From assembly GCF_055900595.2 (NCBI RefSeq), contig NZ_JBVWEU010000004.1: 41,714 nucleotides of DNA. One strand, written 5' to 3'. Below, piece by piece: positions 19,744-30,985 of this stretch. The translations under genes were made by a program, and so were the position numbers. The stretch comes from a plasmid. Under the pieces are notes generated by a model, which saw only the letters and a list, made by a program, of their open reading frames with translations, had not been told where the DNA came from and ran no database searches. The first letter of the stretch is position 1, and every line of letters begins with the position of its first letter.

Positions 19744-22700
19744 ATGCCCGTTGACTTTCTGACCACTGAGCAGACTGAAAGCTATGGCAGATTCACCGGT
19801 GAACCGGATGAGCTTCAGCTGGCACGATATTTTCACCTTGATGAAGCAGACAAGGAATTTATCGGAAAAAGCAGAGGTGATCACAACCGTCTGGGCATTG
19901 CCCTGCAAATTGGATGTGTCCGTTTTCTGGGCACCTTCCTCACCGATATGAATCATATTCCTTCCGGCGTCCGGCATTTTACCGCCAGACAGCTCGGGAT
20001 TCGTGATATCACCGTTCTTGCAGAATACGGTCAGAGGGAAAATACCCGCCGTGAGCATGCAGCGCTGATACGTCAGCACTATCAGTATCGTGAATTTGCC
20101 TGGCCCTGGACATTTCGCCTTACCCGTCTTTTATATACCCGGAGCTGGATAAGCAACGAACGTCCTGGCCTGCTTTTCGATCTGGCGACAGGGTGGCTTA
20201 TGCAACATCGTATTATTCTCCCCGGAGCCACTACGCTGACCCGGTTGATTTCAGAGGTAAGGGAAAAGGCGACGTTGCGCCTGTGGAACAAACTGGCACT
20301 GATACCGTCAGCCGAACAGCGTTCACAGCTGGAGATGCTGCTGGGGCCAACTGATTGCAGCCGCCTGTCTTTACTGGAATCACTGAAAAAGGGCCCTGTG
20401 ACCATCAGTGGTCCGGCGTTTAATGAAGCAATTGAACGCTGGAAAACTCTGAACGATTTTGGCCTGCATGCTGAAAACCTGAGTACACTCCCGGCTGTGC
20501 GCCTGAAAAATCTCGCACGTTATGCTGGTATGACTTCGGTGTTCAATATTGCCAGGATGTCACCGCAGAAAAGGATGGCGGTTCTGGTTGCCTTTGTCCT
20601 TGCATGGGAAACGCTGGCGCTGGATGATGCATTGGACGTTCTGGACGCCATGCTGGCCGTTATCATCCGTGACGCCAGAAAGATTGGGCAGAAAAAACGG
20701 CTCCGCTCGCTGAAGGATCTGGATAAATCTGCATTGGCGCTCGCCAGCGCATGTTCGTACCTGCTGAAAGAAGAAACACCGGACGAATCGATTCGTGCTG
20801 AGGTGTTCAGCTACATCCCAAGGCAAAAGCTGGCTGAAATCATCACGCTTGTCCGTGAAATTGCCCGGCCCTCAGACGATAATTTTCATGAAGAAATGGT
20901 GGAGCAGTACGGGCGCGTTCGTCGTTTCCTGCCCCATCTGCTGAATACCGTTAAATTTTCATCCGCACCTGCCGGGGTTACCACTCTGAATGCCTGTGAC
21001 TACCTCAGCCGGGAGTTCAGCTCACGGCGGCAGTTTTTTGACGACGCACCAACGGAAATTATCAGTCGGTCATGGAAACGGCTGGTGATTAACAAGGAAA
21101 AACATATCACCCGCAGGGGATACACGCTCTGCTTTCTCAGTAAACTGCAGGATAGTCTGAGGCGGAGGGATGTCTACGTTACCGGCAGTAACCGGTGGGG
21201 AGATCCTCGTGCAAGATTACTACAGGGTGCTGACTGGCAGGCAAACCGGATTAAGGTTTATCGTTCTTTGGGGCACCCGACAGACCCGCAGGAAGCAATA
21301 AAATCTCTGGGTCATCAGCTTGATAGTCGTTACAGACAGGTTGCTGCACGTCTTTGCGAAAATGAGGCTGTCGAACTCGATGTTTCTGGCCCGAAGCCCC
21401 GGTTGACAATTTCTCCCCTCGCCAGTCTTGATGAGCCGGACAGTCTGAAACGACTGAGCAAAATGATCAGTGATCTACTCCCTCCGGTGGATTTAACGGA
21501 GTTGCTGCTCGAAATTAACGCCCATACCGGATTTGCTGATGAGTTTTTCCATGCTAGTGAAGCCAGTGCCAGAGTTGATGATCTGCCCGTCAGCATCAGC
21601 GCCGTGCTGATGGCTGAAGCCTGCAATATCGGTCTGGAACCACTGATCAGATCAAATGTTCCTGCACTGACCCGACACCGGCTGAACTGGACAAAAGCGA
21701 ACTATCTGCGGGCTGAAACTATCACCAGCGCTAATGCCAGACTGGTTGATTTTCAGGCAACGCTGCCACTGGCACAGATATGGGGTGGAGGAGAAGTGGC
21801 ATCTGCAGATGGAATGCGCTTTGTTACGCCAGTCAGAACAATCAATGCCGGACCGAACCGCAAATACTTTGGTAATAACAGAGGGATCACCTGGTACAAC
21901 TTTGTGTCCGATCAGTATTCCGGCTTTCATGGCATCGTTATACCGGGGACGCTGAGGGACTCTATCTTTGTGCTGGAAGGTCTTCTGGAACAGGAGACCG
22001 GGCTGAATCCAACCGAAATTATGACCGATACAGCAGGTGCCAGCGAACTTGTCTTTGGCCTTTTCTGGCTGCTGGGATACCAGTTTTCTCCACGCCTGGC
22101 TGATGCCGGTGCTTCGGTTTTCTGGCGAATGGACCATGATGCCGACTATGGCGTGCTGAATGATATTGCCAGAGGGCAATCAGATCCCCGAAAAATAGTC
22201 CTTCAGTGGGACGAAATGATCCGGACCGCTGGCTCCCTGAAGCTGGGCAAAGTACAGGTTTCAGTGCTGGTCCGTTCATTGCTGAAAAGTGAACGTCCTT
22301 CCGGACTGACTCAGGCAATCATTGAAGTGGGGCGCATCAACAAAACGCTGTATCTGCTTAATTATATTGATGATGAAGATTACCGCCGGCGCATTCTGAC
22401 CCAGCTTAATCGGGGAGAAAGTCGCCATGCCGTTGCCAGAGCCATCTGTCACGGTCAAAAAGGTGAGATAAGAAAACGATATACCGACGGTCAGGAAGAT
22501 CAACTGGGCACACTGGGGCTGGTCACTAACGCCGTCGTGTTATGGAACACTATTTATATGCAGGCAGCCCTGGATCATCTCCGGGCGCAGGGTGAAACAC
22601 TGAATGATGAAGATATCGCACGCCTCTCCCCGCTTTGCCACGGACATATCAATATGCTCGGCCATTATTCCTTCACGCTGGCAGAACTGGTGACCAAAGG

Positions 22701-22749
22701 ACATCTGAGACCATTAAAAGAGGCGTCAGAGGCAGAAAACGTTGCTTAA
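19744..22749 (+). CDS. tnpA: Tn3-family transposase TnpA, 1001 aa from ATG 19744
   Basis: [39 protein letters not shown]... The stop lies inside the left IR, as in Tn3. Confidence 0.93.
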   Translation: MPVDFLTTEQTESYGRFTGEPDELQLARYFHLDEADKEFIGKSRGDHNRLGIALQIGCVRFLGTFLTDMNHIPSGVRHFTARQLGIRDITVLAEYGQRENTRREHAALIRQHYQYREFAWPWTFRLTRLLYTRSWISNERPGLLFDLATGWLMQHRIILPGATTLTRLISEVREKATLRLWNKLALIPSAEQRSQLEMLLGPTDCSRLSLLESLKKGPVTISGPAFNEAIERWKTLNDFGLHAENLSTLPAVRLKNLARYAGMTSVFNIARMSPQKRMAVLVAFVLAWETLALDDALDVLDAMLAVIIRDARKIGQKKRLRSLKDLDKSALALASACSYLLKEETPDESIRAEVFSYIPRQKLAEIITLVREIARPSDDNFHEEMVEQYGRVRRFLPHLLNTVKFSSAPAGVTTLNACDYLSREFSSRRQFFDDAPTEIISRSWKRLVINKEKHITRRGYTLCFLSKLQDSLRRRDVYVTGSNRWGDPRARLLQGADWQANRIKVYRSLGHPTDPQEAIKSLGHQLDSRYRQVAARLCENEAVELDVSGPKPRLTISPLASLDEPDSLKRLSKMISDLLPPVDLTELLLEINAHTGFADEFFHASEASARVDDLPVSISAVLMAEACNIGLEPLIRSNVPALTRHRLNWTKANYLRAETITSANARLVDFQATLPLAQIWGGGEVASADGMRFVTPVRTINAGPNRKYFGNNRGITWYNFVSDQYSGFHGIVIPGTLRDSIFVLEGLLEQETGLNPTEIMTDTAGASELVFGLFWLLGYQFSPRLADAGASVFWRMDHDADYGVLNDIARGQSDPRKIVLQWDEMIRTAGSLKLGKVQVSVLVRSLLKSERPSGLTQAIIEVGRINKTLYLLNYIDDEDYRRRILTQLNRGESRHAVARAICHGQKGEIRKRYTDGQEDQLGTLGLVTNAVVLWNTIYMQAALDHLRAQGETLNDEDIARLSPLCHGHINMLGHYSFTLAELVTKGHLRPLKEASEAENVA

Positions 22750-22782
22750 CGTGAGTTTTCGTTCCACTGAGCGTCAGACCCC

Positions 22783-25424
22783 TTGTTCAGGCCGGCATGC
22801 ACGCGGCGGCGCAGTTCAACACTTTGCAGCCAGTCCAGGATGAACAGCGTGCGCTCGATCCGGCCCAGCTCGCGCAGGGCCACGGCCAGTCCGTTCTGGC
22901 GCGGGTAGCTGCCGAGCTTGCGCAGCATCAGCGAGGCGGTGACGGTGCCCTGCTTGATCGAGCTGGCCAGGCGCAGGATGTCGTCCCAGTGGGCACGCAC
23001 GTGCTTGATGTTCAGGGTGCCGCCGATCAGCGGGCGCAACGTCGGGTAGGCTTGCACGCCCTGCGGCACGTACAGTTTGGTTTCGCCGAGGTCGCGGATG
23101 CGCGGCGCGAAGCGGAAGCCTAGCAGGTGCATCAGGGCAAAGACGTGATCGGTGAAGCCGGCCGTGTCGGTGTAGTGCTCCTCGATCCGCAGGTCGGACT
23201 CGTGGTACAGCAGGCCGTCGAGCACATAGGTGGAATCGCGGACGCCGACATTCACCACGCGGGTGCTGAACGGCGCGTACTGGTCGGAGATATGGGTATA
23301 GAACAGCCGTCCCGGCTCGCTACCGTACTTCGGGTTGACGTGCCCGGTGCTCTCGCCCCGGCCACCCGCGCGGAAGCGCTGGCCATCGGAGGATGAGGTC
23401 GTGCCGTCGCCCCAGTGGGCGGCAAAGGCGTGGCGATACTGGTGGTTGACCAGCTCGGCCAAGGCCGCCGAATAGGTTTCGTCGCGGATGTGCCAGGCTT
23501 GCAGCCAGGACAGCTTGGCGTAGGTCAGGCCGGGGCTCGACTCGGCCATCTTGGTCAGCCCGAGGTTGATCGCATCACCGAGGATTGCGGACAGCAGCAA
23601 CGTCCTGTCTTTGGCCTCGGCCCCGTCCTTCAAGTGGGTGAAGTGGCGGCTGAAGCCCGTCCAGTCGTCCACGTCCATCAGCAGTTCGGTGATCTTGATG
23701 CGCGGCAGTAACTGGCTGGTTTGGTCGATCAGCGCCTGCGCCCGATCCGGCACCGCCGCATCCAGCGGGGTGATTTTCAGCCCTGACTCGGTGAGGATGG
23801 CATCGGGCAGCTCGTTGTCCTTGGCCAGGCGGGTGACGGTGGCCAACTGCTCGTCCAGCAGCTGCAAACGCTCTTCCAGGTACTGGTCGCTGTTCGGGTT
23901 GATCGCCAGGGGCAGGGCCTGCTCGCGCTTGAGTGCGGCGAACTTCTCGGCCGGCAGCAGGTAGTCGTCGAAGTCGCGGAACTGCCGCGAGCCCTTGACC
24001 CAGATGTCGCCGGAGCGCAGGGCGTTCTTCAGCTCGGACAGGGCGCAGATTTCGTAGAATTTCCGGTCGAGGCCTTCCGGGGTGATCACCAGCGGCTTCC
24101 AGCGCGGCTTGATGAAGGCCGTGGGTGCATCGGCCGGCACCTTGCGCAGGTTGTCGGCGTTCATCTCACGCAGGGTCTGCACGGCTGCCAGCACGCCTTG
24201 CGCGGCCGGCGCGGCGCGCAGTTCCAGCACCTCCAGCAAGGCCGGCGTGTAACGGCGCAGGGTGGCGAAGTTCTCGCCGACCAGGTGCAGGTGGTCGAAG
24301 CCTTCCGGCCGGGCCAGCAGCTCGGCCTCGCTGACGCTCTCGGTGAACTCGTCCCAGGGAATCACCGCCTCGATGGCGGCATAGGGGTCGCTGCCGCTTT
24401 CCTTCGCTTCCAGCAGCGCCTGGCCGATCCTGGAGTACAGGCGCACCTTGTCGTTGATCGCCTTGCCCTGCTTCTGGAACTGCTGCTGATGCTTGTGCTT
24501 CGCGCCGCTGAACAGCTTGACCAGGATGCGGTCATGCAGATCGACCAGCTCATCGATCACGGTCGCGGTGCTCTCCAGCACCACGGCGGCCAGGGTCGCG
24601 TAGCGGCGCTGCGGCTCGAACTTACCGAGGTCTTTGGGCGTCATCTGCCCACCCTCGCGGGCCAGCTTGAGCAGGCGGTTCTGGTGGATGTGCCGGCCCA
24701 GGCCTTCGGGCAAGTCCACCAACTGAAATGTCTTCAGCCGCTCGATGTGTTCCAGCATGTGCCGAGAGTTGGGTTTCAGCGGTGCCTGGCGCAGCCAGGT
24801 CAACCAGGTGATGCTGCTGCCGGCCTTGAGCTTCAACAGCTCGTCCAGCTTGGCCCGATGCGAGTCCGTGAGTGGTTCGACCAGGGCGCGGTAGACCCGC
24901 CGATTGGCTCGCGCAATGGCTTCCGAGCAGGCCCGGTCAATCACGCTCAGCGCCGGCAGGATGCGTCGTTTCTGCCGTAGGCTCTCCAGGGCCTGACCGG
25001 CCAGCAGCAAGCCTTTGTCGGTCTGCTGGGCCAGCTCGGTTAGCTCGCGCACCAGGGCGCGGAAGTCGGACAGGCCGAACGGGGCCAGTTGCAGGTAGGT
25101 GCGCAGTTCCTGGGCATGCTCGCGACGGGTCACGTCGCGCTCGCCGTACTTTGCCCAGCTCGCCGGCTCGGCCTGGACTTGCTTCGCCACCCACAGGATG
25201 ACCGGCTCGGGCAGCTCGCTGTCGGTTCCCAGCGCGTAACCGGGGTAGCGCAGCAGGCAGAGCTGCACGGCGAAGCCGAGGCGGTTGGCGTCGCCGCGTC
25301 GCTGGCGGATCAGCGACAGGTCGGAGTCGTTGAAGGTGTAGTAGCGGATCAGGTCATCCTGGCTTTCCGGCAGCGCAAGCAGGGTGTCCCGCTCCGTGGC
25401 CGAGAGGATCAAGCGACGCGGCAT
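22783..25424 (-). pseudogene. tnpA: 5-prime segment of Tn1721-type tnpA (interrupted at 22783)
   Basis: [33 protein letters not shown]... The ORF-track tail [10 protein letters not shown] is read-through into the Tn2/Tn3 IR. Confidence 0.9.
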
Positions 25425-25427
25425 GTG

Positions 25428-25988
25428 TCAGTCGTCCGTGCGGAGGTACTGGTAGAGGGTTTCCCGGCTGATGTTGAACTCGCGGGCAAGCTGCGCCTTG
25501 GGCTCGCCGGCCGTCGCTCGCTGCCGCAGGGTAGCAGCCTGCTCATCGGACAGGGCTTTCTTGCGGCCCCGGTACGCGCCACGCTGCTTGGCCAAGGCGA
25601 TGCCCTCACGCTGCCGCTCGCGGATCAGGGCGCGCTCGAACTCAGCGAAGGCCCCCATCACCGACAGCATCAGGTTGGCCATCGGCGAGTCCTCGCCAGT
25701 GAACACCAGGCCCTCCTTCAGGAACTCGATGCGCACGCCGCGCTGAGTCAGCTTCTGTACCAAGCGACGCAGGTCATCGAGGTTGCGGGCCAGCCGATCC
25801 ATGCTGTGCACCACCACTGTATCGCCTTCGCGGACGAAGCTCAGCAGCGCTTCGAGCTGGGGGCGCTGGGTGTCCTTGCCCGATGCCTTGTCGGTGAACA
25901 CCTTGCTCACCTGGGTTTGTTCCAGCTGGCGTTCCGGGTTCTGGTCAAAGCTGCTGACCCGGACGTAGCCGATGCGGTGCCCCTGCAC
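25428..25988 (-). CDS. tnpR: Tn21-subgroup resolvase TnpR, 186 aa (GTG start)
   Basis: MQGHRIGYVRVSSFDQNPERQLE... is a serine recombinase. Sits 3 nt upstream of tnpA. Confidence 0.92.
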   Translation of the reverse strand: MQGHRIGYVRVSSFDQNPERQLEQTQVSKVFTDKASGKDTQRPQLEALLSFVREGDTVVVHSMDRLARNLDDLRRLVQKLTQRGVRIEFLKEGLVFTGEDSPMANLMLSVMGAFAEFERALIRERQREGIALAKQRGAYRGRKKALSDEQAATLRQRATAGEPKAQLAREFNISRETLYQYLRTDD

Positions 25989-26163
25989 GATGTCTCCTTG
26001 GTTGAAGGCGGCTTAAGTGCACTTTCTGTTCCGTTGTGCCTCAAAGCCCATTTCTGTCAGGCTGAAATCTATAACCTTCGCGGGCATGTGTCAAAAAATG
26101 GGAAAGCAGACTCTATTCTGACGAAGCGGCGCGGCCCTGCCTGACATCAAGTTAGGGTATGCC
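25989..26163. promoter_or_regulatory. res site region of the Tn21-subgroup transposon
   Basis: TGTCAG/CTGACA-containing repeats (for example TGTCAGGCTGAAATC, CCTGACATCAAGTTAGGGTATGCCTCAACCTGACGG) upstream of tnpR. Confidence 0.6.
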
Positions 26164-26514
26164 TCAACCTGACGGCGGCGAATCACAAGCGTCCGGTTTG
26201 ACGCTGGTTTCGGTCGCAGTGCTGGCCCGCGCCTGGAAGCGCTGATAGCACTCCAGCCCGCAGAAATGCTCCACGTACTCGGCCCCTTCCGGCGTGAAGG
26301 CGGCATCGAGCGGGATTTCCTTGCAGCACACGCAGCAACTGGTGCTCGGTTCATTGGCGTTCATGGTGGTGTTCCTCCATTGGTTGACGAAGCCGACGAA
26401 GGCCGCCGCCGGCATCGGCCTGGCGAACAGGAAACCCTGCACCGTGTCGCAACCCGCCTGCCGCAACCACGCAAGGCAGTCGGGTGTTTCCACACCCTCG
26501 GCTACCACCTCCAT
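26164..26514 (-). pseudogene. C-terminal remnant of an EAL-domain gene (urf2/tnpM of Tn21-type transposons), cut by the integron IRi
   Basis: [34 protein letters not shown] is an EAL-domain C-terminus. The upstream part of the track ORF is integron sequence. Confidence 0.7.
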
Positions 26515-26539
26515 TGTCGTTTTCAGAAGACGGCTGCAC
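26515..26539 (+). repeat. Class 1 integron 25-bp inverted repeat IRi
   Basis: TGTCGTTTTCAGAAGACGGCTGCAC, as recalled. Confidence 0.9.
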
Positions 26540-26716
26540 TGAACGTCAGAAGCCGACTGCACTATAGCAGCGGAGGGGTTGGATCCATCAGGCAACGACG
26601 GGCTGCTGCCGGCCATCAGCGGACGCAGGGAGGACTTTCCGCAACCGGCCGTTCGATGCGGCACCGATGGCCTTCGCGCAGGGGTAGTGAATCCGCCAGG
26701 ATTGACTTGCGCTGCC

Positions 26717-27730
26717 CTACCTCTCACTAGTGAGGGGCGGCAGCGCATCAAGCGGTGAGCGCACTCCGGCACCGCCAACTTTCAGCACATGCGTGTAAAT
26801 CATCGTCGTAGAGACGTCGGAATGGCCGAGCAGATCCTGCACGGTTCGAATGTCGTAACCGCTGCGGAGCAAGGCCGTCGCGAACGAGTGGCGGAGGGTG
26901 TGCGGTGTGGCGGGCTTCGTGATGCCTGCTTGTTCTACGGCACGTTTGAAGGCGCGCTGAAAGGTCTGGTCATACATGTGATGGCGACGCACGACACCGC
27001 TCCGTGGATCGGTCGAATGCGTGTGCTGCGCAAAAACCCAGAACCACGGCCAGGAATGCCCGGCGCGCGGATACTTCCGCTCAAGGGCGTCGGGAAGCGC
27101 AACGCCGCTGCGGCCCTCGGCCTGGTCCTTCAGCCACCATGCCCGTGCACGCGACAGCTGCTCGCGCAGGCTGGGTGCCAAGCTCTCGGGTAACATCAAG
27201 GCCCGATCCTTGGAGCCCTTGCCCTCCCGCACGATGATCGTGCCGTGATCGAAATCCAGATCCTTGACCCGCAGTTGCAAACCCTCACTGATCCGCATGC
27301 CCGTTCCATACAGAAGCTGGGCGAACAAACGATGCTCGCCTTCCAGAAAACCGAGGATGCGAACCACTTCATCCGGGGTCAGCACCACCGGCAAGCGCCG
27401 CGACGGCCGAGGTCTTCCGATCTCCTGAAGCCAGGGCAGATCCGTGCACAGCACCTTGCCGTAGAAGAACAGCAAGGCCGCCAATGCCTGACGATGCGTG
27501 GAGACCGAAACCTTGCGCTCGTTCGCCAGCCAGGACAGAAATGCCTCGACTTCGCTGCTGCCCAAGGTTGCCGGGTGACGCACACCGTGGAAACGGATGA
27601 AGGCACGAACCCAGTTGACATAAGCCTGTTCGGTTCGTAAACTGTAATGCAAGTAGCGTATGCGCTCACGCAACTGGTCCAGAACCTTGACCGAACGCAG
27701 CGGTGGTAACGGCGCAGTGGCGGTTTTCAT
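26717..27730 (-). CDS. intI1: Class 1 integron integrase IntI1, 337 aa (R32/N39 variant)
   Basis: [44 protein letters not shown]... Confidence 0.96.
27615..27643 (+). promoter_or_regulatory. Cassette promoter Pc, strong variant (TTGACA-N17-TAAACT). The P2 site at about 27731-27757 has the inactive 14-nt spacer
   Basis: TTGACA 27615-27620 and TAAACT 27638-27643 read directly. TTGTTATGACTGTTTTTTTGTACAGT lacks the GGG insertion. Confidence 0.85.
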
Positions 27731-27802
27731 GGCTTGTTATGACTGTTTTTTTGTACAGTCTATGCCTCGGGCATCCAAGCAGCAAGCGCGTTACGCCGTG
27801 GG

Positions 27803-27872
27803 TCGATGTTTGATGTTATGGAGCAGCAACGATGTTACGCAGCAGGGCAGACGCCCTAAAACAAAGTTAGCC
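27803..27872 (+). other. attI1 recombination site (crossover at G|TTAGCC 27866-27872)
   Basis: GATGTTATGGAGCAGCAACGATGTTACGCAGCAGGGCAG.CGCCCTAAAACAAAGTTAGCC. Confidence 0.85.
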
Positions 27873-27874
27873 AT

Positions 27875-28372
27875 ATGAACTCGGAATCAGTACGCATTTA
27901 TCTCGTTGCTGCGATGGGAGCCAATCGGGTTATTGGCAATGGTCCTAATATCCCCTGGAAAATTCCGGGTGAGCAGAAGATTTTTCGCAGACTCACTGAG
28001 GGAAAAGTCGTTGTCATGGGGCGAAAGACCTTTGAGTCTATCGGCAAGCCTCTACCGAACCGTCACACATTGGTAATCTCACGCCAAGCTAACTACCGCG
28101 CCACTGGCTGCGTAGTTGTTTCAACGCTGTCGCACGCTATCGCTTTGGCATCCGAACTCGGCAATGAACTCTACGTCGCGGGCGGAGCTGAGATATACAC
28201 TCTGGCACTACCTCACGCCCACGGCGTGTTTCTATCTGAGGTACATCAAACCTTCGAGGGTGACGCCTTCTTCCCAATGCTCAACGAAACAGAATTCGAG
28301 CTTGTCTCAACCGAAACCATTCAAGCTGTAATTCCGTACACCCACTCCGTTTATGCGCGTCGAAACGGCTAA
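27875..28372 (+). CDS. dfrA12: Trimethoprim-resistant dihydrofolate reductase DfrA12, 165 aa
   Basis: MNSESVRIYLVAAMGANRVIGNGPNIPWKIPGEQKIFRRLTEGKVVVMGRKTFESIGKPLPNRHTLVISRQANY... Confidence 0.93.
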   Translation: MNSESVRIYLVAAMGANRVIGNGPNIPWKIPGEQKIFRRLTEGKVVVMGRKTFESIGKPLPNRHTLVISRQANYRATGCVVVSTLSHAIALASELGNELYVAGGAEIYTLALPHAHGVFLSEVHQTFEGDAFFPMLNETEFELVSTETIQAVIPYTHSVYARRNG

Positions 28373-28456
28373 CCATTCCGTCAACGGGACGCCAAAATGC
28401 TGCGCATTTTGGTTCCCTCCGCTGCGCTCCGGCTCTCGTTACGTCCAACGTTAGCA
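28367..28456 (+). other. dfrA12 attC (GGCTAAC ... GTTAGCA)
   Basis: Inverse-core and core sites with imperfect internal symmetry. Confidence 0.7.
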
Positions 28457-28483
28457 CCACTGAAACCCAGCTTTATTTAGCTC

Positions 28484-28774
28484 ATGTTTATTCAAACGGC
28501 ATTTAGCTTTTCAGGCGTTATTCAGTGCCTGTTTTGCCTTTTTTCCGGGCTTCGCCTGCATGGGCTGCGCAGGTTTTCAGTCTTTTTGGCCTCTAGCCCT
28601 TGCGTAGCAAGCGCAAGCAGCTATCGTTTTTGCAGTGCTGTGCCGCCTCGGTGGCGCAGCGTTTTTTCACGGTTAGCGCCCGTCGCCAAATTCAAGTTAT
28701 CCGTTTTGGCTTCTGGTTCTAACATTTCGGTCAAGCCGACCCGCATTCTGCGGTCGGCTTACCTCGCCCGTTAG
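28484..28774 (+). CDS. gcuF: Gene cassette of unknown function gcuF (orfF), 96 aa. Its attC is at about 28716-28776 (GTTCTAAC ... GTTAGAC)
   Basis: Classical position between dfrA12 and aadA2. Hydrophobic small ORF. Confidence 0.7.
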   Translation: MFIQTAFSFSGVIQCLFCLFSGLRLHGLRRFSVFLASSPCVASASSYRFCSAVPPRWRSVFSRLAPVAKFKLSVLASGSNISVKPTRILRSAYLAR

Positions 28775-28779
28775 ACATC

Positions 28780-29571
28780 ATGAGGGAAGCGGTGACCATC
28801 GAAATTTCGAACCAACTATCAGAGGTGCTAAGCGTCATTGAGCGCCATCTGGAATCAACGTTGCTGGCCGTGCATTTGTACGGCTCCGCAGTGGATGGCG
28901 GCCTGAAGCCATACAGCGATATTGATTTGTTGGTTACTGTGGCCGTAAAGCTTGATGAAACAACGCGGCGAGCTTTGATCAACGACCTTTTGGAAACTTC
29001 GGCTTCCCCTGGAGAGAGCGAGATTCTCCGCGCTGTAGAAGTCACCATTGTTGTGCACGACGACATCATTCCGTGGCGTTATCCAGCTAAGCGCGAACTG
29101 CAATTTGGAGAATGGCAGCGCAATGACATTCTTGCAGGTATCTTCGAGCCAGCCACGATCGACATTGATCTGGCTATCTTGCTGACAAAAGCAAGAGAAC
29201 ATAGCGTTGCCTTGGTAGGTCCAGCGGCGGAGGAACTCTTTGATCCGGTTCCTGAACAGGATCTATTTGAGGCGCTAAATGAAACCTTAACGCTATGGAA
29301 CTCGCCGCCCGACTGGGCTGGCGATGAGCGAAATGTAGTGCTTACGTTGTCCCGCATTTGGTACAGCGCAGTAACCGGCAAAATCGCGCCGAAGGATGTC
29401 GCTGCCGACTGGGCAATGGAGCGCCTGCCGGCCCAGTATCAGCCCGTCATACTTGAAGCTAGACAGGCTTATCTTGGACAAGAAGAAGATCGCTTGGCCT
29501 CCCGCGCAGATCAGTTGGAAGAATTTGTTCACTACGTGAAAGGCGAGATCACCAAGGTAGTCGGCAAATAA
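28780..29571 (+). CDS. aadA2: Aminoglycoside (3'')(9) adenylyltransferase AadA2, 263 aa
   Basis: MREAVTIEISNQLSEVLSVIERHLESTLLAVHLYGSAVDGGLKPYSDIDLLVTVAVKLDETTRRALINDLLE... Confidence 0.93.
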   Translation: MREAVTIEISNQLSEVLSVIERHLESTLLAVHLYGSAVDGGLKPYSDIDLLVTVAVKLDETTRRALINDLLETSASPGESEILRAVEVTIVVHDDIIPWRYPAKRELQFGEWQRNDILAGIFEPATIDIDLAILLTKAREHSVALVGPAAEELFDPVPEQDLFEALNETLTLWNSPPDWAGDERNVVLTLSRIWYSAVTGKIAPKDVAADWAMERLPAQYQPVILEARQAYLGQEEDRLASRADQLEEFVHYVKGEITKVVGK

Positions 29572-29572
29572 T

Positions 29573-29632
29573 GTCTAACAATTCGTTCAAGCCGACGCCG
29601 CTTCGCGGCGCGGCTTAACTCAAGCGTTAGAT
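29573..29632 (+). other. aadA2 attC (60 bp; GTCTAAC ... GTTAGAT)
   Basis: TGTCTAACAATTCGTTCAAGCCGACGCCGCTTCGCGGCGCGGCTTAACTCAAGCGTTAGAT. Confidence 0.85.
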
Positions 29633-29740
29633 GCCAGATTTGGCGTTGCGTATGCTCACAGAAAATCGACAGCCGCAAGACTGTTTTTGGCAACTCATAG
29701 CCACCACTATTTATCCTTCATACCGTAGAGGAGATTGCAC

Positions 29741-30073
29741 GTGAAGAACTGGCTCTTTCTGGCTATTGCAATATTTGGTGAGGTCGTCGCAACTTCCGCA
29801 CTGAAGTCCAGCCATGGATTCACCAAGTTAGTTCCTTCTGTTGTAGTTGTGGCTGGCTACGGGCTTGCGTTCTATTTCCTCTCTCTCGCACTCAAGTCCA
29901 TCCCGGTCGGCATTGCTTATGCTGTTTGGGCTGGCCTCGGCATCGTACTTGTGGCAGCTATCGCTTGGATCTTCCATGGCCAGAAACTAGACTTGTGGGC
30001 GTTCGTTGGCATGGGACTTATCGTTAGTGGCGTCGCCGTTCTAAATCTGCTATCCAAGGTCAGCGCACATTGA
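29741..30073 (+). CDS. qacH: SMR-family quaternary-ammonium efflux protein QacH (qacL-type), 110 aa from GTG 29741
   Basis: (M)[32 protein letters not shown]... RBS GAGGAG. The sul3-integron qacH sequence as recalled. Confidence 0.88.
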   Translation: MKNWLFLAIAIFGEVVATSALKSSHGFTKLVPSVVVVAGYGLAFYFLSLALKSIPVGIAYAVWAGLGIVLVAAIAWIFHGQKLDLWAFVGMGLIVSGVAVLNLLSKVSAH

Positions 30074-30083
30074 TCGGGCTGGC

Positions 30084-30143
30084 ATCTAACAGTTCATTCA
30101 AGCCGACGCCGCTTCGCGGCGCGGCTTAATTCAGGTGTTAGTC
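30084..30143 (+). other. qacH attC (ATCTAAC ... GTTAGTC)
   Basis: Central portion TTCAAGCCGACGCCGCTTCGCGGCGCGGCTTAA is nearly identical to the aadA2 attC. Confidence 0.8.
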
Positions 30144-30985
30144 GGACGCCTACGGCGCCGAGGAAAAAAGAAACCAAACCATTCTTGCTGCCAAAGAGAA
30201 AAACCCCTTACGGTGGCGTACTGGGAAAGTGCGTATCTACGACGCCTTGCCGGTCTCAATGTCATGCCGTCCTCTTTCGAAGGCTGCTTGATGCAAACCT
30301 CTCAAAAATCTGGCATAAACTATCTTGACATATTCCGATTGAACACCTTCCGAATATCAGCGGCTATCAGCGGGATCTCATCTTTTTTCGTGACGTAGGA
30401 GTGGGCATTCTGCTGCAGATGAAACTGGCAGCGTTGCCACAGAATTCCAGGGAAGACAGCATCGATTGCCGCGCGCAGTCCTGAGTGGTCATCACTGGTG
30501 ATCATTCGCAGGCCGTGCATCCCTCGTCGTACGAGACCCTCGAGAAAGGAACGCCAGTTTACCTCTGCCTCACTGTTCGCGACTTCGGCGTCAAGAATAT
30601 GCCGATTCCCGCTGTAATCAACGCCAATAGCCACTAGAAGCGCCTGCTTGACCACATGGGAACCGACGCGAACCGATTCATAGGTCGCATCAAGTACCAA
30701 GTATTGAATCTGTCCGACAGGCTGCGCCTTCCAAGACGTAATCTCTTCATCGAGCTCCTTTGCCAGCCTGCTGACCTGGGACGAGCTGACTTCGGTGCCA
30801 CAAAGAATTTCGACGATATCCGAGACCCTGCGGGTACTTACTCCTTTGACATACATTTCGGCGATGGCGAGCTTGAGAGCACGCTCACTGCGCATGCCTT
30901 TCTCGATGCAGCTGGGATAAAACTCCATCCCGCGAACTTGTGGTACTTTCAAGAGGACTTTCCCGGTCGCAAGATTGAATATTGG
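30144..30985 (-). mobile_element. IS256-family element remnant ('IS440' of sul3 contexts): the transposase lacks its N-terminal part and its C-terminal part is frameshifted
   Basis: ORF 30320..31006 has IS256/mutator motifs (GVSTRRVSDIVEILCG, LVLDATYESVRV, ITSDDHSGLRAAI, WQRCQFH). Downstream frames still show FPVRHRK-type remnants. GC content drops abruptly near 30985. Confidence 0.7.

Noticed and set aside
26164-26778. 204-aa ORF treated as a single gene
   Set aside because: It is chimeric. Only 26164-26514 is the urf2 (EAL-domain) remnant. The upstream portion reads through IRi into integron sequence overlapping the intI1 3-prime end.
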